64,000 nucleotides of DNA, from contig OZ242365.1 of the NCBI GenBank assembly GCA_965208905.1, positions 800,001-864,000 of the forward strand, given 5' to 3'. The notes under the pieces are model-generated. The model ran no database searches. It was not told the origin of the DNA and worked only from the letters and a program-made list of their open reading frames with translations. The position numbers and the translations under genes were made by a program. The DNA is from Nitrosopumilaceae archaeon (GTDB taxonomy: Archaea; Thermoproteota; Nitrososphaeria; Nitrososphaerales; Nitrosopumilaceae). Shown here piece after piece: positions 10,431 to 20,803 of the stretch. How positions within the stretch are numbered: position 1 is the first letter of the stretch; each line of letters starts with the position of its first letter.

Positions 10431-11569
10431 TGACAATGTCTGCACAACTACCTCCCGGCTTGCAACTTGAAAAAGTAGATGAGCGTATAATGACGCTCAA
10501 CGTGGGGCCTCAACATCCAGGTTCTGGTCACATGAGGATAATTGTACAGATAGATGGTGACTATATCGTGGCTTGTGATCCCGATCCAGGGTACGTGCAT
10601 CGTGGCGAAGAGAAGATGGCCGAATACCGAAATTATATCACCAACATACCACATCTGGAGCGACCTGTGATACATGACTCTTGTAATATATTATACCCAT
10701 ATGTACTAGGTGCCGAAGAGTTGTTGGGAATTGAGGTTCCTGAACGCGCCAAGTATGTCCGTGTAATTGCTGCTGAGCTGAACAGGTGTGTATACACACT
10801 ATACTGGCTGGCCATATATGGAATATTCTTGGGCCACTCTACAATGTTCATGTGGCCTTCTGGTGATCGTGAACTCTTTATAGATCTACTAGAGAAGCTG
10901 ACCGGTGCTAGGGTCACACATGCCTACTTTATTCCAGGTGGTGTACGAAATGACATGCCCGCCAACTTTGAGGATGTATGTCTGCGTCAAGTGAGATACT
11001 TTGAGAAGCGCATAGCTGAATATTCAGATATCTTCTATGACAATCCCATACTTATATCGCGTACCGCCAACACCGGAGTACTGTCTCGTAATGACGCCAT
11101 ACGATTGGGCACTACTGGTTCTGTCCTACGCGCCAGCGGCGTAGACTATGATGTGCGCAAAAAAGAACCATACGATGTCTATGACTCTTTAGACTTTGAG
11201 ACTAATGTATTAAAGTCAGGTGATTCATACGCGCGCTCCAAGGTACCATGGCTAGACATGATGGAGTCCTGTCGCATCATACGTGATGCCCTATCAAAGA
11301 TGCCAAAATCTGGCTCGGTCCGTACAAAACTAAAACCAAACCCAAAAGGTGGAGACACATCCGTGTACAAACGCGTCGAGTCTGGCCGAGGAGCTTTGGG
11401 ATGTCATATAGTGTCAAGAAAGAAACCCGAACCGTATAGGGTCAAACTCAGTGTCGGCTCATTCCGTAATCTGATAGCAATGCCATATCTACTAAAGGGC
11501 GAAAAATTAGGCAACATGCCCTCTGTATATTGGAGTTTGAACTACTGGCCTGTGGAGGCAGACAGATAA
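10430..11569 (+). CDS. nuoD: Complex I subunit D
   Basis: LNVGPQHP, GYVHRGEEK, C-terminal EADR. Confidence 0.95.
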   Translation: MTMSAQLPPGLQLEKVDERIMTLNVGPQHPGSGHMRIIVQIDGDYIVACDPDPGYVHRGEEKMAEYRNYITNIPHLERPVIHDSCNILYPYVLGAEELLGIEVPERAKYVRVIAAELNRCVYTLYWLAIYGIFLGHSTMFMWPSGDRELFIDLLEKLTGARVTHAYFIPGGVRNDMPANFEDVCLRQVRYFEKRIAEYSDIFYDNPILISRTANTGVLSRNDAIRLGTTGSVLRASGVDYDVRKKEPYDVYDSLDFETNVLKSGDSYARSKVPWLDMMESCRIIRDALSKMPKSGSVRTKLKPNPKGGDTSVYKRVESGRGALGCHIVSRKKPEPYRVKLSVGSFRNLIAMPYLLKGEKLGNMPSVYWSLNYWPVEADR

Positions 11570-12867
11570 TGTCTGTTATAGCACCCACCTTTCGTCTGAG
11601 CTACTTTCTAAAGAGCATACTGGATAACGTATTCTGGATTATAGTCCTAGTGACACTGGTGGGAATTCCTGCGATACAGATTGTCTTATTCTATATAGAG
11701 ATGCCTGTAATTAACGGCGAGCTGCTTACCCCATTTCTGGCACTCACATGGCTGGCCGACCCCTCGCGTGCCATTCCCATAGTAAAGGCGTTTATGTATA
11801 CTGACTTCTTCCGTATAGCCGTATTTCCAGGATTTGGTCTGGCTGCGCTAGTAGCTGCAGGTACTATCTTTGTAGAACGCAAAATGTTGGCCAAGCTCCA
11901 ACTGCGCGTGGGACCCTTCTACTGTGGTAAGGTGGAAGGAATACTACAACTGGCCGGTGATGGACTCAAACTGATATCAAAGGAGATTATAATCCCCGCC
12001 AAGGCAGACAAGCCAATATTTTGGATAGCACCGGTGGCGTTTGTTGGTACTGCTGCCGCCTTTGTCAGTCTGATACCTGTTGCTCCTGGCTGGGTGGTTG
12101 CCGATGTCGAATTAGGAGTCTTGGCAGTCTTTGCTGTAATAGGATTCTTCCCCATCGTTACAGTGTTGTCTGCATGGTCTGCCAACTCAAAGTTCCCATT
12201 TATCGGTGGAATTAGAGCCTTACATCAGATGATCTCCTTTGAGATCCCACTAATACTATCACTATTGGGAGTGGTGATGCTGGCCGGAACCATGAGTCTG
12301 ACCGGAATAGCAGAGTCCCAGGAATTTATCCCCTGGATTGTATTTCTGCCGGTGGGCGCCATTGTATTCTTTATCTGTATACTTGCCGAGCTGGAGCGCA
12401 TACCCTTTGACCTGCCTGAGGCAGAGTCCGAGATTGTAGCCGGCTGGCTTACCGAGTTTTCAGGTATGATGTACGGTTTGGTGCAACTGGGAACATATCT
12501 TAAACTGTACGCATTTGCCGCCCTCTTCACTGTAATGTTCTTGGGCGGCTGGAGTGGTCCCATGTTGTGGCCACCATTCCCAGAAGAGATTATAACTGAT
12601 GGTATACAACTAGGCCCCATAACGGCTACCATTCCTGGCCTACCACTACTAGACCAGGCAATGCTCAATGGTGTACTGTGGTTCCTGTTAAAGACAGTAG
12701 CAGTCATATTCTTTATCCTATTACCTAGAGGCGTATTTCCTCGCATACGAATAGATATGCTGCTATCTTTAGGATGGTACAAACTCATCGGCCTGTCATT
12801 TATCAACATCTTTATAGCCTTGGCGCTGCTTTACGCTGGAGTACTTGGACCTGGAGGTATAATATAA
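11569..12867 (+). CDS. nuoH: Complex I subunit H
   Basis: ERKMLAKLQLRVGP, RIPFDLPEAESE, PRIRID; start at TAATG overlap. Confidence 0.95.
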   Translation: MSVIAPTFRLSYFLKSILDNVFWIIVLVTLVGIPAIQIVLFYIEMPVINGELLTPFLALTWLADPSRAIPIVKAFMYTDFFRIAVFPGFGLAALVAAGTIFVERKMLAKLQLRVGPFYCGKVEGILQLAGDGLKLISKEIIIPAKADKPIFWIAPVAFVGTAAAFVSLIPVAPGWVVADVELGVLAVFAVIGFFPIVTVLSAWSANSKFPFIGGIRALHQMISFEIPLILSLLGVVMLAGTMSLTGIAESQEFIPWIVFLPVGAIVFFICILAELERIPFDLPEAESEIVAGWLTEFSGMMYGLVQLGTYLKLYAFAALFTVMFLGGWSGPMLWPPFPEEIITDGIQLGPITATIPGLPLLDQAMLNGVLWFLLKTVAVIFFILLPRGVFPRIRIDMLLSLGWYKLIGLSFINIFIALALLYAGVLGPGGII

Positions 12868-13364
12868 TGGGAACTGCGACTGGAATAATCAAAGCTCTAA
12901 ACTCGGGTGTGAAACACTTGGCGCGCAAGCGGTTCACATTACGATATCCTGAACAGAAGCTAAAGTTTGTGGGTGATGGCTACAGATATGATCCCGTCAC
13001 CGGTGTTGGTGTTGCTGGCCTAAAGGGTCGCCATATGCTGTTTCACGATCACTGTACAGGTTGCCAACTATGCTCTATAGCATGCGAGGGTGTGGCAGAG
13101 GCCATCGCTATGGTAAAGGTTCCTGAGACACATAAGCAGAACAAGAAGAGCATAATGCCCCAGATAGACTACGGCAAATGTGTCTTTTGTGGACTATGCG
13201 TGGATGCATGTCCTTTCTATGCATTATACATGAGCAATGACTATGAACTGTCATCGTTCACAAAGGAGGGTTTGATTTACACCCCGGCCCAACTACAGGT
13301 GAAGCCACACGTATCACAAGATGCGGAGATAAAGATAACTGATAGGGGTGCCACCCATGGCTGA
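12867..13364 (+). CDS. nuoI: Complex I subunit I
   Basis: Two CxxCxxCxxxC 4Fe-4S motifs; TLRYPE. Confidence 0.93.
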   Translation: MGTATGIIKALNSGVKHLARKRFTLRYPEQKLKFVGDGYRYDPVTGVGVAGLKGRHMLFHDHCTGCQLCSIACEGVAEAIAMVKVPETHKQNKKSIMPQIDYGKCVFCGLCVDACPFYALYMSNDYELSSFTKEGLIYTPAQLQVKPHVSQDAEIKITDRGATHG

Positions 13365-13860
13365 TGCTGTATTTTTGGCTCTCTCGGTTCTGACTGTGGG
13401 CTCGGCTATTGCTGCCTTGGAGATGCGCTCGCTGATATACGGCTCAATAGCCTTGATGGGTTCACTGGGTGGAGTGGCAGGCTTCTTCTTTTTACTGGAT
13501 GCGCCATTTGTTGCACTCTTTCAGCTGGCCGTCTATGTGGGCTCGATAGCCGTACTGATACTATTTACTGTAATGTTGGTACGACGCGAACTGATATTCA
13601 AAAAGATAGAGGATAAGCGCCGCAAGATGGCAGGTATTGGCTTAATGCTTGTCTTTTTAGTCTCGGTGGGTGCCTTGATAATGTCATCTGGAATTCATCA
13701 GTTGGAGTCTGACTCGCCGCCCATAGACTTTCGGGAGATAGGCGAAGACTTTTTGGTGTACTATTGGCCTGCTTTGGTGGTCATGGCCTTGATACTGTCT
13801 GGGGCCGTAACTGGAGCCTTGGTGTTGGCTAGACGGGAGGTGGAGAATGGCTCTAATTGA
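13357..13860 (+). CDS. nuoJ: Complex I subunit J
   Basis: Hydrophobic; QLAVYVGSIAVLILF. Confidence 0.92.
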   Translation: MADAVFLALSVLTVGSAIAALEMRSLIYGSIALMGSLGGVAGFFFLLDAPFVALFQLAVYVGSIAVLILFTVMLVRRELIFKKIEDKRRKMAGIGLMLVFLVSVGALIMSSGIHQLESDSPPIDFREIGEDFLVYYWPALVVMALILSGAVTGALVLARREVENGSN

Positions 13861-14146
13861 GTTTGTTCTGGTCTCTGTGGCACTACTGGGTATTGGCATA
13901 TATGGCCTAGCAGTCAAACGAAACGCCATACGCATGCTCTTTGCAGTGGAGATTATAATAAACGCCGCAAACTTGAACCTTGTGGCATTCTCTAGATATG
14001 TGGATGACAGTGGGGGACAGACATTGGCACTCTTCTCCATTGCCATTGCTGCTGCCGAGGTTGCAGTGGGTCTGGCGTTGGTGGTGGTGGCGTATCGCAT
14101 GTACAAGGATGTAGACATTGCCAACTTTAGGAGCTTGCGAGGATGA
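13847..14146 (+). CDS. nuoK: Complex I subunit K
   Basis: AAAEVAVGLA, C-terminal LRG. Confidence 0.93.
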   Translation: MALIEFVLVSVALLGIGIYGLAVKRNAIRMLFAVEIIINAANLNLVAFSRYVDDSGGQTLALFSIAIAAAEVAVGLALVVVAYRMYKDVDIANFRSLRG

Positions 14147-15645
14147 TAGAGTTTGGACTGCTTCAGGCAGTATTTCTACCTCTCTTTTTAGCTCCTGTAG
14201 CGTATGTTTTGGGGACTAGATATGGCGCCGGTCCGGCCACGTGGTTCTCCTTTGTTGTTCTATTATATGGTACCATCTTGGTGGTTTGGGGAGCCCTCTC
14301 TGACTACTCTGAGTATTACCCATGGACTGAAGCGTTTGGCGGCTTTGGCTTCTCTTTGGATGGCCTCTCCTCACCGTTTGCCATAATAATATATGTGCTC
14401 AGTACAATCTTGGTGATCTACTCCCGCCCATACATGGTGCACCGCTTTGAGGAGATGGCAGATGGCACGATACAAAAGTCTGCATTGAACAGGCAGGTGG
14501 GGTTGTACTTTGCACTATATCTGGTATTTGCCATGGGCATGCTGGGAACCGTTATGTCTACAAACATGATACAGTTCTATGTATTCTTCGAGATAATGCT
14601 GATACCTGGTTTCTTTTTGGTCTCTTTGTGGGGTGATGGACCTCGTCGCAAGATTGGTCTGATGTTTCTCTTCTGGACGCATGTAGGCGCCGTTGTATTA
14701 TTGTTGGGCTTCCTTATGATCGGTTTGACGGTTGGTAGCTTTGACTTTGCAGATATATCCGAGTCTGCCATACCACAAGATATCGTTCTACTATCGGCAA
14801 TAGCCATATCCATAGGACTGGGCGTAAAGTTGGCAGTCTTTATGTTTCACATATGGCTCCCTTGGGTCCACGGTGCCGCACCTACTCCCATAAGCGCCTT
14901 ACTGTCACCGGCCATGATTGGCATAGGCGCCTATGGTATATTTCGATTAGTAGTTGAGTTCCTTCCTAATACATTTGCAGATATAGCCATATGGTTTCAC
15001 ATATGGGGCCTGGTTACAATGTTGTATGGGGGCGCCATGGCCCTGATGCAAGACGACATAAAACGACTCTTTGCGTATTCGTCTATATCTCAGATGGGAT
15101 ATCTGTTGTTTGGAATAGGATCTTTGTCTGTACTTGGTATGGCTGGAGCCGAGATGATGTACATAACACACGCCCTGGGGAAGGGACTGCTCTTTATGAC
15201 CGCCGGTATACTGATAGTGAAGGCGGGCACGCGTAGCATATCAAAACTGGGTGGTTTGGCAGGAAAGATGCCCATTACAGCAGTCTGTGCCGTTGTGGGT
15301 GCTCTAACCATAATGGGAGTTCCGCCCACTAGCGGCTTTATGGGCGAGTGGATACTCTTCTATGGCGCCTTGGAGACTGCTATATCTGAAGGATCGATGG
15401 TGCGAGCAGTCACATTCGGCCTGGGCCTTGTGGCTACAGTCCTTACAATGTCCTATATGTTATGGATGCTAAAAAGAGTCTTCTTTGGCAAAACTCCACA
15501 GCATCTAGAGAAGGTTCGCGATGCTGGTTGGCACATGACCGCACCCATGATGATTCTGGCCGGCTTTACCATTGTACTGGGCATATATCCAGATATCTTC
15601 CTTGAAGGTATAATTCCGTACATGGAGGGGGTGTTGCGCATTTGA
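14143..15645 (+). CDS. nuoM: Complex I subunit M
   Basis: FHIWLPWVHGAAP, DIKRLFAYSSISQMG, GFMGE. Confidence 0.92.
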   Translation: MIEFGLLQAVFLPLFLAPVAYVLGTRYGAGPATWFSFVVLLYGTILVVWGALSDYSEYYPWTEAFGGFGFSLDGLSSPFAIIIYVLSTILVIYSRPYMVHRFEEMADGTIQKSALNRQVGLYFALYLVFAMGMLGTVMSTNMIQFYVFFEIMLIPGFFLVSLWGDGPRRKIGLMFLFWTHVGAVVLLLGFLMIGLTVGSFDFADISESAIPQDIVLLSAIAISIGLGVKLAVFMFHIWLPWVHGAAPTPISALLSPAMIGIGAYGIFRLVVEFLPNTFADIAIWFHIWGLVTMLYGGAMALMQDDIKRLFAYSSISQMGYLLFGIGSLSVLGMAGAEMMYITHALGKGLLFMTAGILIVKAGTRSISKLGGLAGKMPITAVCAVVGALTIMGVPPTSGFMGEWILFYGALETAISEGSMVRAVTFGLGLVATVLTMSYMLWMLKRVFFGKTPQHLEKVRDAGWHMTAPMMILAGFTIVLGIYPDIFLEGIIPYMEGVLRI

Positions 15646-17678
15646 TGCATGAATTAATCTGGCTAGTCTGGATACTGCCGTTTGTTGCCGCCCTTATAAT
15701 GCCTGGCGTAGGTCGTGCGTCTAAGAAGGCCACAAACTATGTGGCTGTGGGATTTGCATTGGCATCTGCCCTGTCTGCTGCCTCCCTACTGCCCATGGCG
15801 CTAGCTGGTGATGAGATGCACCATCAGATAATGTGGATTGAGGCCATTGGACTAGAAGCAGGTGTCTTGGCAGACCCCGTATCAGTTATAATGGCAAATG
15901 TTGTCGCATGGATATCTTTCCTGATAATGGTGTATAGTACCGGATACATGAAGGGCGATAGAGACATTATACGATTCTGGTTCTGGATGATGTTCTTTAT
16001 AGGTTCGATGCAGATCATAGTCCTCTCAGACAATCTACTACAATTATTCTTTGGATGGGAGGGCGTGGGATTGGCCTCCTACTCGTTGATCTCCTTCTGG
16101 TATAGAGACAAACACAAGGACCATGTGGGTCAGCGTGGCCGTACCGCCTTGGGGCTACTGGACTACTACTCTCCCACACATGCGGGCATGAAGGCATTCA
16201 TCATGACAAAGGTGGGCGATATAATGATGCTGTCTGGCATGCTCTTGATATTTTTGTATGCTGGCACATTCGGGTTCCGGGAGTTGGTGGAGACGACCAC
16301 GTGGGCTACCCAGATGGACGCCGTAGGACTACTGGTGCCTGCCTTTGTGTTACTATTTGGTGGTGCCGTGGGAAAGTCGGCCCAGTTCCCACTGAATGAG
16401 TGGCTACTTGAAGCAATGACAGGACCCACTGCAGTATCTGCATTGATACACGCCGCAACCATGGTAAAGGCAGGTGTCTTTTTGGTGGCCCGGATTGGAC
16501 CTATTATGTTTGCACTGGGAGCTGCGGGAATCCTGGGTGAGCAGTTCTTTGCCATTGTGGCCTGGACTGGCGCCATTACGGCACTTTTGCTGGCCACGCA
16601 AGGCATGACAAACCCTGAGATCAAAAAAGTATTGGCATACTCCACCGGCTCACAGATTGGATACATGATGATGGCGCTGGGTGTCGCTGGCTTATCTCAT
16701 CAGTATGTTGATGGCTATACCGCCGGATTCTTCCACCTTATATCCCATGCCATGTTCAAGGCATCACTCTTTATGGCTGCTGGTTCACTGTTACATGTTG
16801 TGGGTAGCCGCTTTATGACTGATATGGGAGGCCTGCGCAAACACATGAAGAAGACATATGCATTCATGTGGGCCGCGGGGCTAGGCCTGATGGGGGCACC
16901 ATTCATTACTACTGGCTTTTGGAGCAAAGATGCCATATTTGCTGCAGTATACGAATCTGGTGCTGAGTTTGGCATGATACTCTACGGAGTTGCTGTTTTA
17001 ACCGCCATAATTACAGCATTCTACACTACCCGTATGATTGGCATGGTCTTTCATGGAGAGAAGAGTGCACACGTCAAAAAAATGGAGTCTGAAGGCCACC
17101 ACATACATGAGGCACATCTCTCAATGTGGGTACCCTACGGCATACTAGCCGCCCTGACTATAATTATAGGCGTGGCCGGCTTGTACGTGGAAGGCTCACT
17201 GCACCACCTGTTTGATGAGTATCTGGATCACTCATTCCACATACACAGCGAACATGCAGAAGAGTCTGATGCTGGCATATTGGGAGGTCTAAACCCTGTG
17301 GCTTTGATGTCATCGCTTGCAGCCTTTGGTATAGGAATACTGCTTGGATATATCTTTTACATTGGACGGTTCGTCAGTCCTCAGCGACTGATATCTTCCA
17401 ATCTCTTCTTTTATGGCATACACAAACTACTGTTAAACCGGTGGTACCTAAACAGTATGGTATATTGGTGCTTTGTGGTGGCACCACTCTGGCTGGCAAG
17501 AGGACTATTCCGATACTTTGAGCGTACGGCAATAGACTACGGCATGAATACAGGACTTGAGAGGGCCACCAGATGGGGAGCTACTGTGGTACAGGGAACT
17601 CAGACCGGAACCGTGCAATCATATCTATTTGTATTTGGAGCGGGACTACTATTTGTGGTTCTGATGTTGATGGTGTGA
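15645..17678 (+). CDS. nuoL: Complex I subunit L
   Basis: GKSAQFPL..WL..AMTGPTAVSALIHAATMV, HAMFKASLF. Confidence 0.94.
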   Translation: MHELIWLVWILPFVAALIMPGVGRASKKATNYVAVGFALASALSAASLLPMALAGDEMHHQIMWIEAIGLEAGVLADPVSVIMANVVAWISFLIMVYSTGYMKGDRDIIRFWFWMMFFIGSMQIIVLSDNLLQLFFGWEGVGLASYSLISFWYRDKHKDHVGQRGRTALGLLDYYSPTHAGMKAFIMTKVGDIMMLSGMLLIFLYAGTFGFRELVETTTWATQMDAVGLLVPAFVLLFGGAVGKSAQFPLNEWLLEAMTGPTAVSALIHAATMVKAGVFLVARIGPIMFALGAAGILGEQFFAIVAWTGAITALLLATQGMTNPEIKKVLAYSTGSQIGYMMMALGVAGLSHQYVDGYTAGFFHLISHAMFKASLFMAAGSLLHVVGSRFMTDMGGLRKHMKKTYAFMWAAGLGLMGAPFITTGFWSKDAIFAAVYESGAEFGMILYGVAVLTAIITAFYTTRMIGMVFHGEKSAHVKKMESEGHHIHEAHLSMWVPYGILAALTIIIGVAGLYVEGSLHHLFDEYLDHSFHIHSEHAEESDAGILGGLNPVALMSSLAAFGIGILLGYIFYIGRFVSPQRLISSNLFFYGIHKLLLNRWYLNSMVYWCFVVAPLWLARGLFRYFERTAIDYGMNTGLERATRWGATVVQGTQTGTVQSYLFVFGAGLLFVVLMLMV

Positions 17679-17690
17679 GGTGTATGATAC

Positions 17691-19163
17691 ATGATTGAGA
17701 TGAATGCAACCCCATTGGTAATACTAGGTGTGCTGGGCGTGGCTGGTGTTATACTGCCAGTGCTTGATGTGGCGCGTAGGGAGCGATTCACACAGATGTA
17801 TGCTGCCTTGGCGCTAGGTGCCCTCTTTATATCCATAGGATACGTGGGGTATCAGTTTGTGTCAGGTGTGATACAGCCGGGTGCAGTCTTTTCTACAGAC
17901 GTACTGGCCAATGATGCCTTTGGTGGCCTCTTTGCCATTGCAATGCTTATAGTGGCCGTCTTTAGCGTTACAGGCTCTATAAGTTACATGCGAAATCAAA
18001 AGTATCCAGCAGTTTACTACTCCCTGATACTACTATCTGCTATAGGAATGGTGCTGGTCGCATACTCTACTGACCTTGTGATGCTCTTTGTAGCCTGGGA
18101 GTTGATGAGTATACCCACCTATGTGCTGGCAGGCTTTATGAAGCGAAACCCCATATCAAATGAGGCAGCTCTAAAGTACTTTTTGTTCGGCGCCATGTCC
18201 TCGGCCATTATAGTATATGGCATATCGATGGTGTATGGACTAACTGGTACCACCAACATATCTGAGGTTATAGTTGGCTTGACGACACTGGATGCATCAA
18301 TGATACCTCTGGCCATACTGGCAGTCGGTCTGTTCATTGCTGGGTTTGGCTTTAAGATGGGTCTGGTACCATTTCACATGTGGCTGCCCGATACGTATGA
18401 AGGTGCTCCCCAGCCTATAACTGCCCTGCTGGCAGCAGCCACCAAGAAGGCCGGCTTTGCTGCTACAATTCGCATAGTTATAATGGGTATGGCGGCCTTG
18501 CATCTGGACTGGGCGCTGGCTCTAGGTGTCATCGCTGTCATGACCATGACCATAGGCAACGTTGCTGCCATAATGCAGAAGAATCTGTCTAGGATGCTGG
18601 CTTATTCGAGTATAGGACATGCTGGCTATATTCTAATTGGTTTGGCTGTGGCACCTTATTCGGCGACTGGACTACAGGGCTCCCTGTATCATGTACTTAA
18701 TCACGCCGTCATGAAGGGTGCTGCATTTATAGCCATCTCGGGTGTGGTGGTGGCGCTGGCCGTAACACATCTGGATAAGATAAAGGGGCTGGGACGTCGC
18801 ATGCCCATTACAGCACTGGGACTTACCATATCTTTACTGGCACTGGCGGGTGTTCCACCACTGAACGGCTTTTGGAGTAAATTGATGCTCTTTGGCGCAG
18901 CACTGGATTCTGGAAGTGTTGTGTGGTGGGGCCCTTGGCTTGCTATTGCCGCCGTACTGAATAGCGCCTTGTCTTTGGCGTATTATGGTTGGATCATGCG
19001 CAAGATGTACTTTGAGGGTGAGGATGCCAAGCGGGTCCGGGAACCAAAATCAGTTATAGCTGTAATGATATTTTCAATAATATTTATGGTGGGCCTGGGT
19101 GTCTATCCAGACCCCGTAATCCAGTTCGTCGAGATTGCCACACCCACCTTTACGATTCCCTAA
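17691..19163 (+). CDS. nuoN: Complex I subunit N
   Basis: EAALKYF, PFHMWLPDTYEGAP, RMLAYSSIGHAG. Confidence 0.94.
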   Translation: MIEMNATPLVILGVLGVAGVILPVLDVARRERFTQMYAALALGALFISIGYVGYQFVSGVIQPGAVFSTDVLANDAFGGLFAIAMLIVAVFSVTGSISYMRNQKYPAVYYSLILLSAIGMVLVAYSTDLVMLFVAWELMSIPTYVLAGFMKRNPISNEAALKYFLFGAMSSAIIVYGISMVYGLTGTTNISEVIVGLTTLDASMIPLAILAVGLFIAGFGFKMGLVPFHMWLPDTYEGAPQPITALLAAATKKAGFAATIRIVIMGMAALHLDWALALGVIAVMTMTIGNVAAIMQKNLSRMLAYSSIGHAGYILIGLAVAPYSATGLQGSLYHVLNHAVMKGAAFIAISGVVVALAVTHLDKIKGLGRRMPITALGLTISLLALAGVPPLNGFWSKLMLFGAALDSGSVVWWGPWLAIAAVLNSALSLAYYGWIMRKMYFEGEDAKRVREPKSVIAVMIFSIIFMVGLGVYPDPVIQFVEIATPTFTIP

Positions 19164-19318
19164 ATTGTGGCAGTTTTCATCCCGTCTAAATTTATGTAGG
19201 ACTTGCACATACATTCAACAAAATTATATTATATCTCATCATTACTAGAGTCTGTCCTACACCAAATTATACTAGCACCAAACTTTAATTACCGATAAAC
19301 GGCAATTCAATTTACATA

Positions 19319-20170
19319 TTGAACAGAAAAAATATCAGTACTAATCCGCTTTTAAAATTATACGCGCCATACATTACACGAATAAACGAGTCATTGAATA
19401 TGGAGATGGAGGCGTATGCCAACTCAGAGTTTTACGAACCCCTACTGTATTCACTAGATGGTGGAAAGCGTATAAGGCCACTCATACTAGTACTATCGGC
19501 AGAATGTTTTGGTGAGGCGGATGAAAATGCCATGTCTGCAGCATGCGCCGTAGAGTTGCTTCATACAGAGTCCATAATACATGATGACATAATTGATGAT
19601 GAGATGCACCGAAGGCAGAAGAAACCATTCCATGTCAAATATGGTTATGATACTAGTATTCTTAGCGGCGACTTTGTGTTGGGCCTGATACTATCTATAT
19701 CTGCACGGCTGGACAACGCCCGAATAACGGATAATTTGGCTAAGACTGCCATGTTGATGAGTGAGGGTGAGATGATTGAGGAGCGATTAGTGAGCGGAGA
19801 TGATGCCACCTTTGAAGACTACTTAAAGACAATACAGTACAAGACCGCCACGGCATTTGAGGCTGCAGCCAAGATCGGGGCCATAATAGGTGGCGGAGAC
19901 GAGCGTCAGATATCTGATGTAACCAAGTATGGTCGAAATATGGGGATAGCATATCAGATACGCGATGATCTCTTAGACTGGAAGAATGAAGATAAAATAT
20001 TCAACATGCTGGTGAGAAAGAGCACTGACCCTCGCGATGTATTTGATAAGATGGAAGAGATGTCAAAGACATATGCAGGAAAAGCCCGGTCTGCTCTAGA
20101 GGGAATACCTGCAGGAAGCGCACGGTCTGGATTGGAAGAATTAATTGGCTTTGCTGTACTAAAAGCATGA
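19319..20170 (+). CDS. Polyprenyl (trans-isoprenyl diphosphate) synthase
   Basis: GGKRIRP, HDDIIDD...RR, YKTA, YQIRDD. Confidence 0.9.
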   Translation: MNRKNISTNPLLKLYAPYITRINESLNMEMEAYANSEFYEPLLYSLDGGKRIRPLILVLSAECFGEADENAMSAACAVELLHTESIIHDDIIDDEMHRRQKKPFHVKYGYDTSILSGDFVLGLILSISARLDNARITDNLAKTAMLMSEGEMIEERLVSGDDATFEDYLKTIQYKTATAFEAAAKIGAIIGGGDERQISDVTKYGRNMGIAYQIRDDLLDWKNEDKIFNMLVRKSTDPRDVFDKMEEMSKTYAGKARSALEGIPAGSARSGLEELIGFAVLKA

Positions 20171-20348
20171 CACATTTTATTAGAAAATAAAATTATCTTT
20201 ATCTAATTAAACAGTCTCTGTTACTCCTAAAATCAAATTTTAATTAATATACAATTCATTAGCAGTTTGCATATACAACATGAAATAGATATTTGGTCAG
20301 GTCAAACCTCCATCTTTAGACCAGTATTTTGTTTTTTGAAATACTATG

Positions 20349-20448
20349 TATCACCAATTAATATTTAGTACCAATAATTAGTCTTTAATACCAACAATTA
20401 GTATTTGATACCAACAATTAGTATTTGATACCAACAAATAGTTTAAAA
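20349..20448. repeat. Five tandem 20-bp repeats (consensus TACCAACAATTAGTATTTGA) in an AT-rich intergenic region
   Basis: Units start at 20349, 20369, 20389, 20409 and 20429; partial inverted copy at ~20452-20463. Confidence 0.9.
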
Positions 20449-20803
20449 TGTCTATTATTGGTAATTAAAACCCCAAATCAATCATTCAACACATAAGCCG
20501 TTACGTATGATCAACTTCAAAAAGCGAAACAGTGACACATTTAGAAAATAACACGTAATTTATCGATATTTCTATAATAATTGATTATACTGGCATCTAG
20601 ACCAGCTACCGGATAATGTATTGTACGAATGTGTCCGTTAATTTTGATTTTATTTCTCCTTATGATCAGTATAGTTTTTAGATGTCATCTTTTATTCAAC
20701 TACGATATTCTTCTCGAATGTAGCATTACGTTGAAATTTTGATAAATTGACAAAAAACATAATAAAAAACTAGTTGGAGCCACCTGTGACATTTGACAGA
20801 TGA

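Noticed and set aside
9035-19163. Absence of nuoEFG as a novelty
   Set aside because: An 11-subunit complex I is the established state in Thaumarchaeota.
865-19952. Numerous short antisense or overlapping ORFs within housekeeping genes
   Set aside because: Shadow ORFs of well-supported genes with no independent motifs.
20349-20448. CRISPR array
   Set aside because: Repeats are directly adjacent with no unique spacers; no cas genes in the window.
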